A stretch of DNA of 52,661 nucleotides, taken from the NCBI GenBank assembly GCA_027923505.1, contig BROI01000026.1:372001-424661 (forward strand), read 5' to 3'. This document shows, piece by piece, positions 21,896 to 34,100 of the stretch (position 1 is the first letter of the stretch; each line of letters opens with the position of its first letter). The notes beneath the pieces were generated by a model. The model was given only the letters and a program-made list of their open reading frames with translations. It ran no database searches and was not told the DNA's origin. Made by a program: the position numbers and the translations under genes. Origin of the DNA: Mayamaea pseudoterrestris. Its lineage: Eukaryota.

Positions 21896-22987
21896 ATGTC
21901 GGCATCATCAGCTTCACTGAAACAATACATTGACATTTTAATCCAAGGCGATCGACCGTTGACCGCCGACGAAACGCAATCCGCCTTTGACGTGTTGCTT
22001 TCCGGATCCGCGGATGACATTCACGTGGGAGCGTTGCTATGCCTGCTGCGGGCGCGTCGCGAGACACCGTCGGAGATTTGCGGCATGGTGCGCGCCATGC
22101 ACCAACACTGCGTTCCCGTACACATTCCAGACACCAAGCTGCTCGACATTGTCGGCACGGGCGGTGACGGCGCAGATACCTTTAACGTGAGTACCTGCAG
22201 CGTGGTGCTCGCGGCGGCGTGTGGATGCGTCGTGGCCAAGATTGGCAATCGATCTGTGAGCAGCGCCTGCGGCAGCGCCGACGTACTGGAAAAGCTTGGC
22301 ATACGCGTCGACATGTTGGCGAACCAAGTGCAGGATTGCGTCAATCAAGTGGGGATTGCCTTTATGTATGCGCCCATGCACCATCCCGCCATGGCGCAGG
22401 TGGCTCCCGTCCGCAAGCGGTTAGGCGTACGCACCTGCTTCAACGTGATTGGGCCAATGACTAATCCGGCCGGAGCGCAGCATGTGATTATTGGAGTCTT
22501 TCATCCGGAACTAGTGTCCTTGGTGGCGGCAACCTTGCAGGAGATTGGCCGCGTCGATCATGCCGTCATTATTCATGGGTGTGGACTGGATGAGATTTCA
22601 CCACTTGGACCAAGTACGATTGTCGAGATTAAGAACATTGCGGAAGCAGGGCAACCAAAAATTTACACGGAAACGAGTTACGTGTTTGATCCCGAATCTG
22701 TTGGTATTGTGCGCTGCGACATGGAAGACTTGAAGGGTGGTGGTCCCGATGAGAATGCCTACATTTTTCGGCAAGTGCTGGAGGGAGGTACGCATACGGA
22801 TGCCAAGCGAGACGCCATCATTTTGAACGCTGGGGTTGGATGCTACGTATATGGTTTGGTGGATTCCATTGAATCTGGCTGTATACTAGCGAGAGAGACT
22901 TTGGAAGCTGGCAAGGCCATTGAGAAGCTGGACGCTTGGATAGCTGCCAGTAATTGGATTGTCTCAGGCGACAGTGAAACACCATGA
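21896..22987 (+). CDS. trpD: Anthranilate phosphoribosyltransferase
   Basis: DIVGTGGDG, FNVST, KIGNRSVSS..GSADVLE, HHPAM and GLDEIS motifs. First ATG in this exon is 21896; a possible upstream exon lies at 21687-21771. Confidence 0.95.
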   Translation: MSASSASLKQYIDILIQGDRPLTADETQSAFDVLLSGSADDIHVGALLCLLRARRETPSEICGMVRAMHQHCVPVHIPDTKLLDIVGTGGDGADTFNVSTCSVVLAAACGCVVAKIGNRSVSSACGSADVLEKLGIRVDMLANQVQDCVNQVGIAFMYAPMHHPAMAQVAPVRKRLGVRTCFNVIGPMTNPAGAQHVIIGVFHPELVSLVAATLQEIGRVDHAVIIHGCGLDEISPLGPSTIVEIKNIAEAGQPKIYTETSYVFDPESVGIVRCDMEDLKGGGPDENAYIFRQVLEGGTHTDAKRDAIILNAGVGCYVYGLVDSIESGCILARETLEAGKAIEKLDAWIAASNWIVSGDSETP

Positions 22988-23039
22988 TAGCGATATTAAA
23001 CTGCACTATAGTAGGACAGCCATATGTATGTATGTTGTG

Positions 23040-23363
23040 CTAGGACTTTACACCCAAATCCTTGCGTATTTCTTTCAAAAATGCTTCCATGAAACCAGCA
23101 AACCCTCGCGTCGGCGGCACTGGCGGTCCTGATCGCGCTGCAGTACCTACATTATTATTCATTGCCGAGGTACTACCAACGGCTTGCATCTTGCTCAGCT
23201 CCTCGAACGCCTTGTTGAACGACTCGGTGCCAGTCTTGTGGAACTCTTGTATTTTCGAGTCGCTGCGAATGGCAAACGTTTGAAAAGTTTTCGAGTTGGA
23301 CAGACCCTTGATGATGATTTCATTGGCAATGTAGTTTGCCACCCGCTGCACAAATTGATTCAT
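23040..23363 (-). CDS. Small hypothetical protein (107 aa)
   Basis: ATG-initiated ORF. The N-terminus (RVANYIANEIIIKGLSNSKTFQTFAIRS) resembles a small uncharacterised plant/algal family, from recollection only. Confidence 0.7.
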   Translation of the reverse strand: MNQFVQRVANYIANEIIIKGLSNSKTFQTFAIRSDSKIQEFHKTGTESFNKAFEELSKMQAVGSTSAMNNNVGTAARSGPPVPPTRGFAGFMEAFLKEIRKDLGVKS

Positions 23364-23609
23364 AATATGACGTTGAATGTATAGTAGCCACAGGACTCTT
23401 GCTGCTTTGAAAGAAGTGGAGGTGGAAAAAAGTCGTCAAAAATGGCAGCGAAAAGGACGGCGATTTTGATAGCGATACGACAGTAGAATATCGTACCGGT
23501 ACTTGAGCTCGACGAAGCAAACCAAAGGCTGCAACACACCATGGCAGTCAAACGTCCGTTCCATGCTAAACAAAAGAGCAGCAGCCAGCACTAATAGCGA
23601 CGCAACAGC

Positions 23610-24644
23610 ATGGAATGGAGAATATACAATCCATCTCTATTTCCTGTCACGATTCAGCCAGGCGACATGGCGTACTTTCGTCCAGCGTCGGCGGAGCCTG
23701 GCGTTCGCGGAAAGTGTTTACCAGTGAATAATGACGACGAAAGCCATGCCACGAACTCAGAGTATGTGACACTTGAAGTAGAAACGACGGCGACTTCAAA
23801 TAGTAATGCCGCAACGAAGAAACGAGTCAAACGGAAGCGACTGCTGCCAGTCTACCAATCGCCCACGTTGCAGTCAAGCAACAGCAACAACAACAATAAA
23901 ACGTTGATTCTAGTCACGCCGCAAACGATGCACTATCGACACTTGGCAGCGTCGCAAACATATGCGAGCGACGGCGTCCTTGAGATTGGCTGCTCCACCG
24001 GCATGACTTCCCAAATAATATGGAGAATGCGGCCGGTATCGTGGGTTGGTTTCGACACGGGGTTGGAAATGGTGCAGACGACGCGACAAAAGTTACAGCA
24101 GCAGCATTCATCAACAACAACAAGTAGCAATAAAAATTACACTTGCATTCAGATTGACGCGTTGAAAGAATCTAGTCGCGCCAAGCGAGAAGCAACGCGC
24201 CACGGACCAGTCTCGCTCGTCTTAATGGACATTGGAGGCAACCGCGACTTAAGGAGCGTCATTGACATGCTGCAGTGGGTCTTGGCGAGTTTGAATCCCG
24301 ACAAATCACTGCGCATGGTCATTATCAAGAGTGAAGAATTGACGGATGCACTTTGCGGCGAGGCGAACGATGATGGAGTCGTGCCGCATGGAGCGGACTG
24401 GTTTATCCAGCAGTTGCAGGAATCAGTTCAAACGTTGCAACGAAAACGCGAATTGCTTCCATCCCATCCGCTCCAAGCGCCCATGCGACAAAGTCCACTG
24501 GATGCTTCCGTCATGATTTGTCGCTACCACAATTACCACGCTTCGGGCTGTTTTAAGGGTGTTGATTGTCCCCATGATCATGCGCACTGCCACTGGTGCG
24601 GCGCGCCGGGACATGTGGCGACGACTTGTCCACAGCTAGTGTAG
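23610..24644 (+). CDS. Putative SAM-dependent methyltransferase-fold protein with C-terminal CCCH finger and CCHC knuckle
   Basis: VLEIGCSTG (motif I) and WVGFD; C-x9-C-x5-C-x3-H followed by CHWCGAPGHVATTC (CX2CX4HX4C). Confidence 0.75.
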   Translation: MEWRIYNPSLFPVTIQPGDMAYFRPASAEPGVRGKCLPVNNDDESHATNSEYVTLEVETTATSNSNAATKKRVKRKRLLPVYQSPTLQSSNSNNNNKTLILVTPQTMHYRHLAASQTYASDGVLEIGCSTGMTSQIIWRMRPVSWVGFDTGLEMVQTTRQKLQQQHSSTTTSSNKNYTCIQIDALKESSRAKREATRHGPVSLVLMDIGGNRDLRSVIDMLQWVLASLNPDKSLRMVIIKSEELTDALCGEANDDGVVPHGADWFIQQLQESVQTLQRKRELLPSHPLQAPMRQSPLDASVMICRYHNYHASGCFKGVDCPHDHAHCHWCGAPGHVATTCPQLV

Positions 24645-24819
24645 GTTGAATAGTCATCTAGGAGCTAGTAAAAGCTGACGTTCTAGTGCAATTTTGTAAT
24701 CTATATGTATGAAACCATGACAAATAATTGAAAAGACGCTTCCACTTCATTCCGTGCGTTGACATTTTCACATTCAGCAAGCAAAAAATCTCAACCCATG
24801 CAACAGTCTGCAAGCTGGC

Positions 24820-25726
24820 CTAACCAATAGTGGTAGCTGGTGCAAGCTGCTCCAACGACACCGAGCTACTGCCCGAGGACTGTTCCGTCAAGCCGTCTCC
24901 AAACGATTCCTCCAAAGTAGTCCACGACACCGACTGAAAGGTTGCGGCATTGGCGACAAACTGAATATAGACCAAACCCCTCATGAGCGAATGAATTTGT
25001 TCGTCAACAACCAAAAGCTCCACAGTCACCAATGCTCCATCATTGCCGTCCAATGCCACACCGTTTGCCAAACCAATCACATTGTAGGAAAACTTGGCGA
25101 GGCTCGACGGACCATGTTCGTCGACAATGCGCTTGGCAATGTCGTCGTCAAACTTGCGCATTCGAAGCGTCTCCTTCAAACCTTCATTTTCGCGCAACGA
25201 CTTGCTGTCAGTACTATCCTCTTGCGTATTCTTTGGGTGCTGCGAGTCGTCAACTTTTCCATTTGACGCAACGTCATTGTCGGCAGGGCGTGTACTGTGT
25301 TCACTGTCATCCACGAGCGGAACCGACGGCGATGAGGATCCATCCATTGCTGTGTTCGTCATTGCCAATGACCGAATCCGTTTCTCACGCGTCTGAAACA
25401 AGTCAATGACAATGTCGCGTCGCTTACGTTCCAGCTCGCGCCGCTGCAGCAACTCTTCTAGTTGTCGCTCCTTTTCGACGAGTTCATCGTAGCGATGCTT
25501 CTTGCGGACGCGGGTGGCTCGCGCATGCTCGCGGTTGCGCGTGCGCGTCAGCTCGTGTCGCTCCTCCTCGTTGAGTTCGTCGCGCTTGCGACCCCGCTGG
25601 GGGTGCGACAAGAGAGCAGATGCTACCTTGTCCTTGTGAACTGCGGAAGGAGATGTAGTGTTCGTGGTGGGTGGCGTGGAGGGAGCCGCTCGTGAAACTT
25701 GCTGCGTATTCAAAGCCTGCACTGTA

Positions 25727-25757
<31 letters not shown>

Positions 25758-26118
25758 GCTGCATGGCAAGCAAGGTCGGCGATGGCTGATGAAAACCGTT
25801 CCCCATGTTGCGAGAGAATGAAAAATTTGGATTGCCTTGCAGATGAAGCAAATTTGTAAAGGACGCCAAGCTTGGCGATGTCAAGAGGCTTTGAGGAATT
25901 CCAGCTTGCGTCTGAAAACCAAGCGAAGCCAACGAGTTCATGGAAATGCCTCGAAAGTCGTTTCCCATGAAAATCTCAGACCGTTCGCTTCCATTAGAGT
26001 TTCCCTTGGGCGGCTTGCTCGAATCGCTGCTGTCTCCGGATCGAAACCCAAGCAAGGCTGTAGCCAGTAGCTCTTCCGAGCCTGCAGAAAGTTGCGGCTG
26101 ATCAACGTTCGTGCTCAT
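24820..26118 (-). CDS. bZIP-type transcription factor
   Basis: Basic region RTRNREHARATRVRKK followed by heptad Leu repeats, and a poly-Q tract. Start taken at MSTNVDQ (26118); the ORF extends upstream to 26334. Confidence 0.8.
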
Positions 26119-26577
26119 TGTCGACTTGTGTGAGAGTGCGAATGGATGATGTAACGAATCGATAAGCATCGTCGACAAATCGTGTTCCGAAACGAACCCA
26201 TTTTTACTTAACGAACCGAACCCACATTTGGCGCGTCGATGTCGCAGCCAATGACGTCGTCGATGATGACGCGCTTGTGGATGCGAAGAGTCAGAAGCGC
26301 ACAGATTGTGAGTAACGGTACGATCGTACATCACAGGATCCGGTTTGGTTTGCTTGCGGTACTATGTTTGATCTCTTGCTAGTAGTTAGATGACTATAGC
26401 AATCTTTAAGAGCAACAGAAAGCGAGCCATCTCAAAGACAGTTTTGTCCATGAAAATCATAAATTGCATTTAAGTGATGCGTTCAAAGTTCACAAGCAAG
26501 CCGTGCAAGTATCAGAACAATTCACATCTGTTCAAAGGGCTGCTCGTTTCAAGTGTTCTACAGTGCATACATGCCTG

Positions 26578-27630
26578 TTACGTCAGAAATACACTCCAAC
26601 CTGTATTGCCATCGACCCAATCGTCGTCTTGTAGCGATGTAAGCCAATCGGGCGTTTCCGATGGTGCATGTATATCTTTGTCAGGGTCTACACAACACCA
26701 GACAGAGTTTGTGAGCAAGTTCGAGTGCCACGTTTTTGCATCATGACCTTCCATGCGCATGTTTGGATCAGGATGCAGCATGGGCTCGATCAATCGCTGC
26801 CACGCCAGAGGCAAGGCAGAATCCGCAAACAGTAGCTGCCGTCGCCGGCTTTTCGCCAGATTGCCCTTGGCTCCATTCGTCGTGGCGTAGTCGGTGACTT
26901 TCTCGACGACCAAAGCTTCACTCGCGGCATGAAAGGGTGACGCGCCTTGGGCGAGGCAGTATAGAATGCAGCCAAACGACCAAACGTCAGTGGCTTTTGT
27001 CAAGGTGTGGGCCGGCGCCCCTCTTATAGTTTCTGGACTAGCATATTCGCAAGTTCCTCGCATAACGACTTGCTGCCCTTCATGACTTGAGGTTGTTTCG
27101 TCGCTGCAATGGTCGACTTGTAAAGTACTTGTTGGAGTTGATGTCGTCGCCATGTCAATGGCACATCCAAAGTCGCATAGTTTCACATGCCCTCGATCCG
27201 TCAGTAGAACGTTGGACGGCGACAAGTCGGCGTGAATAATGTTGCGCGAGTGAATCTCCTGCAGCGCCAATAGAATCTCGCGTCCATAGGTTGCCGCCAT
27301 TGCGAGCCAGTCTTGGCGCGAACGATGCGATTGAATCAGTTGCAAGAGTGTTCCACCAGTCAAGCATTCCATGACCAAGTACAAGCACTCTTGGTCGTGA
27401 AAGGATGCCCACAAGTCGACAATATGATTCAAGCCTTTCATTTTTAGCAGTATCACTTGCTCCTGCACGACTTGCTCCTGTAGAAATGGTTGCTTGCAAA
27501 GTGATGCCTTGTCAAACACTTTCATGGCAACCTTGCGATTCGTCGCCTTGTGCTTGCAGTAGATGACGCGTCCAAAGGATCCCTGGCCAATGACTGGGCC
27601 GACGAGAAAGTCGCTAGTGGAGAGCGACAT
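26578..27630 (-). CDS. Ser/Thr protein kinase, PDK1-like (AGC), atypical catalytic loop
   Basis: IGQGSFGRV, VAMK, HADLSPSN, DFG, GTCEYASPE and DVWSFGC motifs. Start taken at MSLSTSDF. Confidence 0.88.
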   Translation of the reverse strand: MSLSTSDFLVGPVIGQGSFGRVIYCKHKATNRKVAMKVFDKASLCKQPFLQEQVVQEQVILLKMKGLNHIVDLWASFHDQECLYLVMECLTGGTLLQLIQSHRSRQDWLAMAATYGREILLALQEIHSRNIIHADLSPSNVLLTDRGHVKLCDFGCAIDMATTSTPTSTLQVDHCSDETTSSHEGQQVVMRGTCEYASPETIRGAPAHTLTKATDVWSFGCILYCLAQGASPFHAASEALVVEKVTDYATTNGAKGNLAKSRRRQLLFADSALPLAWQRLIEPMLHPDPNMRMEGHDAKTWHSNLLTNSVWCCVDPDKDIHAPSETPDWLTSLQDDDWVDGNTGWSVFLT

Positions 27631-27992
27631 GCTTTCATGAAACAAGCAGCAGTAATACGCGATGGCTGGTGCATGCATCAAGTAGTGAAGGAATTGCTCG
27701 TCATGGCCGAACGTCGAAAGGTGATGTGCGCGTCGGAGCGGTTTCCGTTTAAAACCGATGCGACAAGAGATGGTTTTTACTCCGTTCACCATTGCGAGTC
27801 ATCTCACCATGGACGCAGCATTCATCCAAGTTTCTTGCTGTCGTGCTCCCTTAGTGCTGTAGTCACTCAAGCTAATCTCACTTAAATAGAGAACTTAATT
27901 AGCCATTCACTCGTCCATGGTTTCAGGCGCGTCTCTTTTAATCCCGACGAGCCACCAATATACTCGCGCATTCCTCCTCCATCAAGTCTATC

Positions 27993-30900
27993 ATGAGTCG
28001 ATCATCATTCAAAGCTTCCAACTCGTCCAATTCGCTGGAGGCGCGCACTTTACAACTGTCAGCGTTGGAAGCTCGACGACAAAGTAAGCGGCAGCGAGTC
28101 CAGGAGCTCTTTGACCAAATTAATATACTCAAGCGTGAGATGAATGACACAAACGAGGAACTTGGAGATTTGGATCAAGAGATTGAACTATTAGAGTCGC
28201 AGATTGAAGAACAAGCCAATGGTTTGCAAATAATCAAGCAAGAGCCGCTCGTCAAGCAAGAAGCGTTGACGCAGCATGAGCAACGAGAGGACTCGCTCAC
28301 GTACACGCAAGCGGACGACGTGCTGACGGATCCGTCGACCTTGATGACCATGACGACGAATGATCAACATCTCACGGAACCAGTCGACGATGAACTGGAA
28401 TACTTGCAAAATCTACAGGAGGAGGAGCCAGACTTGACGCAGCATGTACCTTTCGCCGCGGCCAGGCCATCATCGAGGGCTGGGTCGATTGGACAGCTTC
28501 AAATTGTTTCCAACAAGTCAACGCGGCCAGTAGCAGCATTGGCGGCGGCAACGGCGACACTTATTGGTCTCAGCGATCAAGAGAATAATAGTATGAATAC
28601 CAAGCTTGCCGCGAAACGAACCATTGGAACACTGGATGCCTTTGTTGTGCGACAGCAGCAGCAACAAGCAACAAACCTGTCGTCTTCCGACCGTTTACAA
28701 AACCGGCAATCAGCAGCATTGCAGCAGCAGCAAAGACAAGTGCAAGCCCCGCCACCAGCAAACAGAGCTACCACCACATATCCATGGACGCAAACCATTC
28801 ATCAGTTACTGCAAAATACCTTTCGCATTCAACAGTTCCGAGAGCACCAGGAGGAAATTATAAACGCAACGCTCAGCGGCGAAAATGTCTTTGTCATTAT
28901 GCGAACGGGCGGCGGAAAGAGTTTGACGTATCAACTACCAGCCTTGTATGAAGGACGCGGCATGGGTCATTCAAATAGTCCTCGCAAAGTTACCATTGTC
29001 ATTTCGCCACTGCTTTCGCTCATTACCGATCAGGAGGAGCAAATGAATGAGTTTGTGCCAATCTCGGCCGTTTCCTTCACCAGTGGACTTGCCGGAGGAA
29101 ACACGGAGCATGCCCGGCGATGGAACTTGGTGAGAGATCCAAAGGCTGGTGTTTGCTTAATATTTGTCACGCCGGAAAAGGTGAGCAAGTCGAACCGACT
29201 GCAGAATGAACTTCAAAAACTCTTTGATGCCGGCCGGCTTGGTCGCATTGTTGTCGACGAATCACATTGTGCCAGTCAGTGGGGACACGACTTTCGACCC
29301 GACTATGCCCAGCTGGGCGTTCTCAAGAGCCACTTCCCGTCAATACCGATCATTGCCGTGACGGCAACGGCGTCTGACAAGGTTCGCGACGATGTATGCC
29401 GCATACTGCGACTTGGAAGTAACTATCGCTTCTTTCGCTCCACGGCGCACCGACCGAACTTGCACTACTCGATTCGAGCCAAAAGAGATGGAAAGGAAAC
29501 GATTGTCACGGACATGGCGGCCTTTATCAAGGAGAAGCATCCACGGCACGCTGGTATCGTCTATACCTTTTCACGAAAGGACGCTGACAATGTAGCCGAT
29601 GCCTTGTGCAGCTTTGGCGTCGTTGCTCGATCGTATCACAGTGATGTAACTCCAAAGAATAAGGATCTCATTCATCGAAGTTGGATGAGAAATGAGACGC
29701 AGGTTGTCGTCGCAACGATTGCTTTTGGTTTAGGCATCAACAAACCGGACGTGTACGTTATGCTCAGAGCAGTTGACGAATGCTCATCATTCACATCTCA
29801 CCGACTGACTTTATATATTGCAGGAGGTTTGTTCTGCATCACACCATTTCCAAGACACTGGATGGTAAGGCGCACTCGCTCATACGTTTTGGTACATTAT
29901 TTCTTCTCATTGTTTCGCTCGTTTATTCTTGATAGCCTACTACCAAGAGGCTGGACGCGCTGGCCGTGACGGACAAGACGCCGATTGTGTGCTATACTAT
30001 AGTCCCAAGGTAAGCTTGTCTGATATGTGTTTACTTGAAATCGACGATTCACTCGTTTACCAGTAATGTTGTTTATTTTGCTAGGATGTGGTGAGAATGC
30101 TAAAAATGGTACATGGCAGCAGTGGCGAAAATTTGCTTTGGCCGATGATTCGATACGCACAGGCGGGAGGCAACGAAGAGATTTGCCGAGCAGTCATCTT
30201 GGCTCACTTGAACGAACCGATCATGGACGTCGACGAACTTTTCAGACGATTTGATGGTGTAATCAATGAACCGCGAGACGTTGGTCTCCACTGTAAAACT
30301 GTTACTCAGCTGCTGCAAATTCGCCAGCAGGAAGGAAATGATCTGACGCTCGCACAGCTTGTCAAAGAGTGGCGGTCTAAATCGACGAACGCCCCGCAAT
30401 GGTATGTCGCTTTGTCACCTGATTTTCCTCGGCTTGACGGATATAATTACTTCTGCTAACTCCATTACTGGTATTTTTTGTAGCATAAAGGACAATCCGC
30501 CAAACAAAGATGGGCTTTCGGTCGAAGACTGCGAGCGAATTGTTATCTCAATGATCTTGGAGAACATATTCGCTCCTCACGTTGTATGGGGTGCCTACGA
30601 GTAAGATTTTGGCACAAATATAAAGTATTCACGACACTTCTTGTGTACTAACGCTTTTGTTATGGCTTCAGCTCTATTGTGTATCTGCGTGTGGGCGACA
30701 AAGGGTTCCGTCTCCTTGGATCGCCAAACCCCAAAATTGTGATTCGCTTTCCCAAGAAAGAAACAAATACAGCCAGCGCTGAAGCTAAAAGCACCACAAA
30801 GAAAGCCAGGCAAACTATAACTGACGACGATGGGTGGTTAGCGACGAAATCGAAAGCTACGAAGCGAAAGGCCGCGGCGGCAAAGGTTGCGAAGAAGGGC

Positions 30901-31131
30901 AAGAAGCCAGCTACGCGGAAGAAGCAAAAGGCAGCGCCGAAATCAAGAAAACCAAAATCCCTTGTCTCAAAGAAGAAAGGCGCAGCTAATTCATCGGAAA
31001 TAATCGAACTATCATCTGATGACGAGTCCACCAGTCGGCCAAGTGTGAGGGGACAGCCAGTAGAAGAAGATGCCCTCTGGCACGACGACACCGAATCAGA
31101 AGGAAGTGATTCTGAGTTTGAATTTAAATAG
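27993..31131 (+). CDS. RecQ-family DNA helicase (RECQL/RecQ1-like); exons 27993-29752, 29824-29864, 29936-30009, 30085-30401, 30484-30600, 30672-31131
   Basis: [56 protein letters not shown] and [12 protein letters not shown] reconstructed across five GT-AG introns. Lys-rich C-terminal tail. Confidence 0.93.
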
Positions 31132-31157
31132 ACCTATTATCATATAGTTATATAAAT

Positions 31158-34100
31158 TTACTTTAGTCCTCTGGACACAATCTCAAAGAGATCGTCACTT
31201 AATTTAAGCGAAGTAAGCTTCTCAAGTTCGGTTTTCATCAGCTGCGCTCGCTTCTCGTCGTATCTCTTCCACTGGATCAGGTTGGTTGCCAATCGGCTAC
31301 TAATCTGAGGATTTAGCTTATCGAGCTCAACGAGAATCTCGCCGAGAAACTTGTAACCATCACCACTTTCGGCGTGAAAGGCGGCACTATTCATAGCAAA
31401 AGCGCCGACTAGAGACCTACATCTGTTCGGATTCTTCAATGTAAAATCGGGGTGCTTCAGCAACACTCTCACGCGGTGAAGGACGTCATCCAAATCGGCT
31501 AGGGCCTGGACTGAAAACCATTTGTTAAGTACGAGAGCATCGCCAGCGGCATCGTCGTAAAAAATTTTCATGGCGTCGTCTCTTGCCTGTGCTCCTCGAC
31601 CATCCATCGATGCTAGCGCGTTTAGCCCTGCCATCTTGTCAGTCATGCCTTTGGCCGCTTGGAAGTGATTCATTGCAAGCGCAGCAGCAGCTTCTTGCTC
31701 CTCATCAGTCTCACAAATACAGCAAAGATACTCAAGAAGCACATTGCGAAGGCGCCGCCGTCCGATTGCCTCGGCGTCAACTTTAAACTCCTCGTTCGAA
31801 AGTACATCAGCAGTCATTTGGTCGTATAAAGCCTTTAGCTCCTTTCCGAAGCGCCTCGCAATCGCTTTCTTCACTTCGCCCCGCGCCTTATGAAGCCCAA
31901 TCGGATCAACAACTACCATATCTTCCGCCAAAGTGGACTCAGATGGAAGGATAAGATTGTAGGCCTGAATCGAGTAATCTGCTGCTGCCTTATCCGTCAA
32001 TGATCGCCCAAAGGCCTCCATGGCATACTCGAGTGTTTTTGCCGACTGCTTTCCTTCCAAGGTTTGGAAAATCAGGTTTGTGTACAGTATCTGCCCAGCT
32101 TCCCATCGATTGAAACCATCCGTATCACGAGCTGCAAGAAATGCAAGTGCCTTTTCATCGACAACACCTGAATCAGGTATAAGTTTCACTGGGGCCGAAA
32201 AGTCGCGCAGCAACGAAGGCATAACGTCATTTTTGAGACCGTCAAAAGTAAACGTCTGTGTCGACTCCTTCAATTCCAACACAGTAGTTGGTACCACTTC
32301 CTCTCCTGTTACTTTGTCAATTAGCCCAATGCTAACAGGAATCAGAAGTGGACCCCTGGCACTGTTACTTTCCTGCGACAGAGTCAAGGTAAATGTACCA
32401 TCCTCAAAGCTGTGCGTGTATTTGACAGTTGGGGTTCCGGGCGTGCTATACCAACGAGCAAACTGACTTAAATCCTTGCCGTTTGCGTCCGCCATAGCAG
32501 CCAGAAAATCGTCACATGTCACAGCCGATCCATCGTGGCGTTCAAAGTACAGTTCCATGCCCTTGTTAAATCCTGCCGGTGTAAGGAGCGTCTGGTACAT
32601 GCGAATTACTTCCGCACCTTTCGTGTAGACTGTAGCTGTGTAAAAGTTGTCCATAGAAATGTAGCTTTCGGGACGAATCGGGTGCGACATTGGACCGGCA
32701 TCCTCGGCAAATTGACGTGCCCGCAAGCCGCGTACATTTTCAATGCGGTTGACAGCCTTGGAATTCATGTCGCCCGAAAATTCCTGGTCGCGAAAGACGG
32801 TGAGGCCTTCCTTGAGCGTCAACTCGAACCACGACTTGCACGTCACACGATTTCCCGTCCAGTTGTGGAAGTATTCATGGCCAATAACTGACGAGCGAGG
32901 AGAGGATAAGGGTATCAAGTGAGTGACTGATCGAGGGATGGCGCGAACGAATGGGCTTTGCCGATATTCTAAAGCGAGACTATGACGTACCTCCTTCGAC
33001 TCGTTCAAAGTCTGTATCAGTCGCTGTCTTTTCATCAGCCAAAACATATGCCGTGTTAAAGACGTTTAATCCCTTGTTCTCCATCGCTGAATTGGACGAG
33101 AGATAAAGCGAAACCAAGTAAGCAAACGACCGACCGTGCAATATCACTGCAACTCCTAGGGAGCATCTATCGCGACGATCCTTACGTACCTCCCATGTTG
33201 AAACTATCCACCGCCACGATATTGTAGAGATCCAAGTCATACTCTAACCCAAACCGATCTTCGTCCCACTTCATGCTACGCTTGAGTGAATCCATGGCGT
33301 AGTGAAGCTTGCCAACGTTATTGGCTTCGCTAAAGAGCTGCAAATCAACCTTGCGTCCCGACATTGTAGTAAACGTGTCGGAGATGCTGCCGAGTTTACC
33401 AGCCACGGCGGCGAATAGATAGCTGAAGCAACAACAAGAAAAACAACATTTAGTATGCGTTGTGAGTTACGGGGTTGAAAAGGGTCAAATCGATAGCATC
33501 GCTTCTCATATGCAGCAGCATCCATTCATTCTTCTCTCAAATGATCATCATTCTTGACACTCACCTTGGTTTCGGAAAGGGATCACTCCATACCGCAAAA
33601 TGCCGACCCTTCTCTTCCATAACACCTTGCTCAAGCAAATTTCCGTTCGATAACAAGACTGGATAGGCGTCTGCATCCGCTTCCAGTCTCACTCGTTCAA
33701 AAACTGCCATGACATCGGGTCGATCCAAGTAGTAGGTGATGCGTCGAAAGCCTTGGGCCTCGCACTGGGTGCAGTACATTGGCTCGCTGTAGTACAAGCC
33801 GGAGAGTTTGGTGTTTTCCTCGGGAATCAGCTCGGACACCATGTCAATGACAAAGTGGTCGTTGTTGCTGCTGCTAAATAGTGACGAGCGAGGCGTCAGC
33901 AAAGTCAGTTTGCCTGGAGTCAGCTTGTAGTCCACGTCTTCGACAAGCTGCTTGCCATTCAAGTGAATCTGCAACAGCTTGACACTTGTTTCATCGCCAT
34001 CTAAAACGAGTGGCTCCTCCATCGCGTCATTTTCATATACAGGATTCTGTTTGAAGGAAAGCTTGGTAGTGACAGTCGTCTTGCCTTGTCGAATGTCAAA

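Noticed and set aside
29257..29270. RecQ motif II reads DESH rather than DEAH
   Set aside because: It still fits the DExH consensus and the other helicase motifs are intact.
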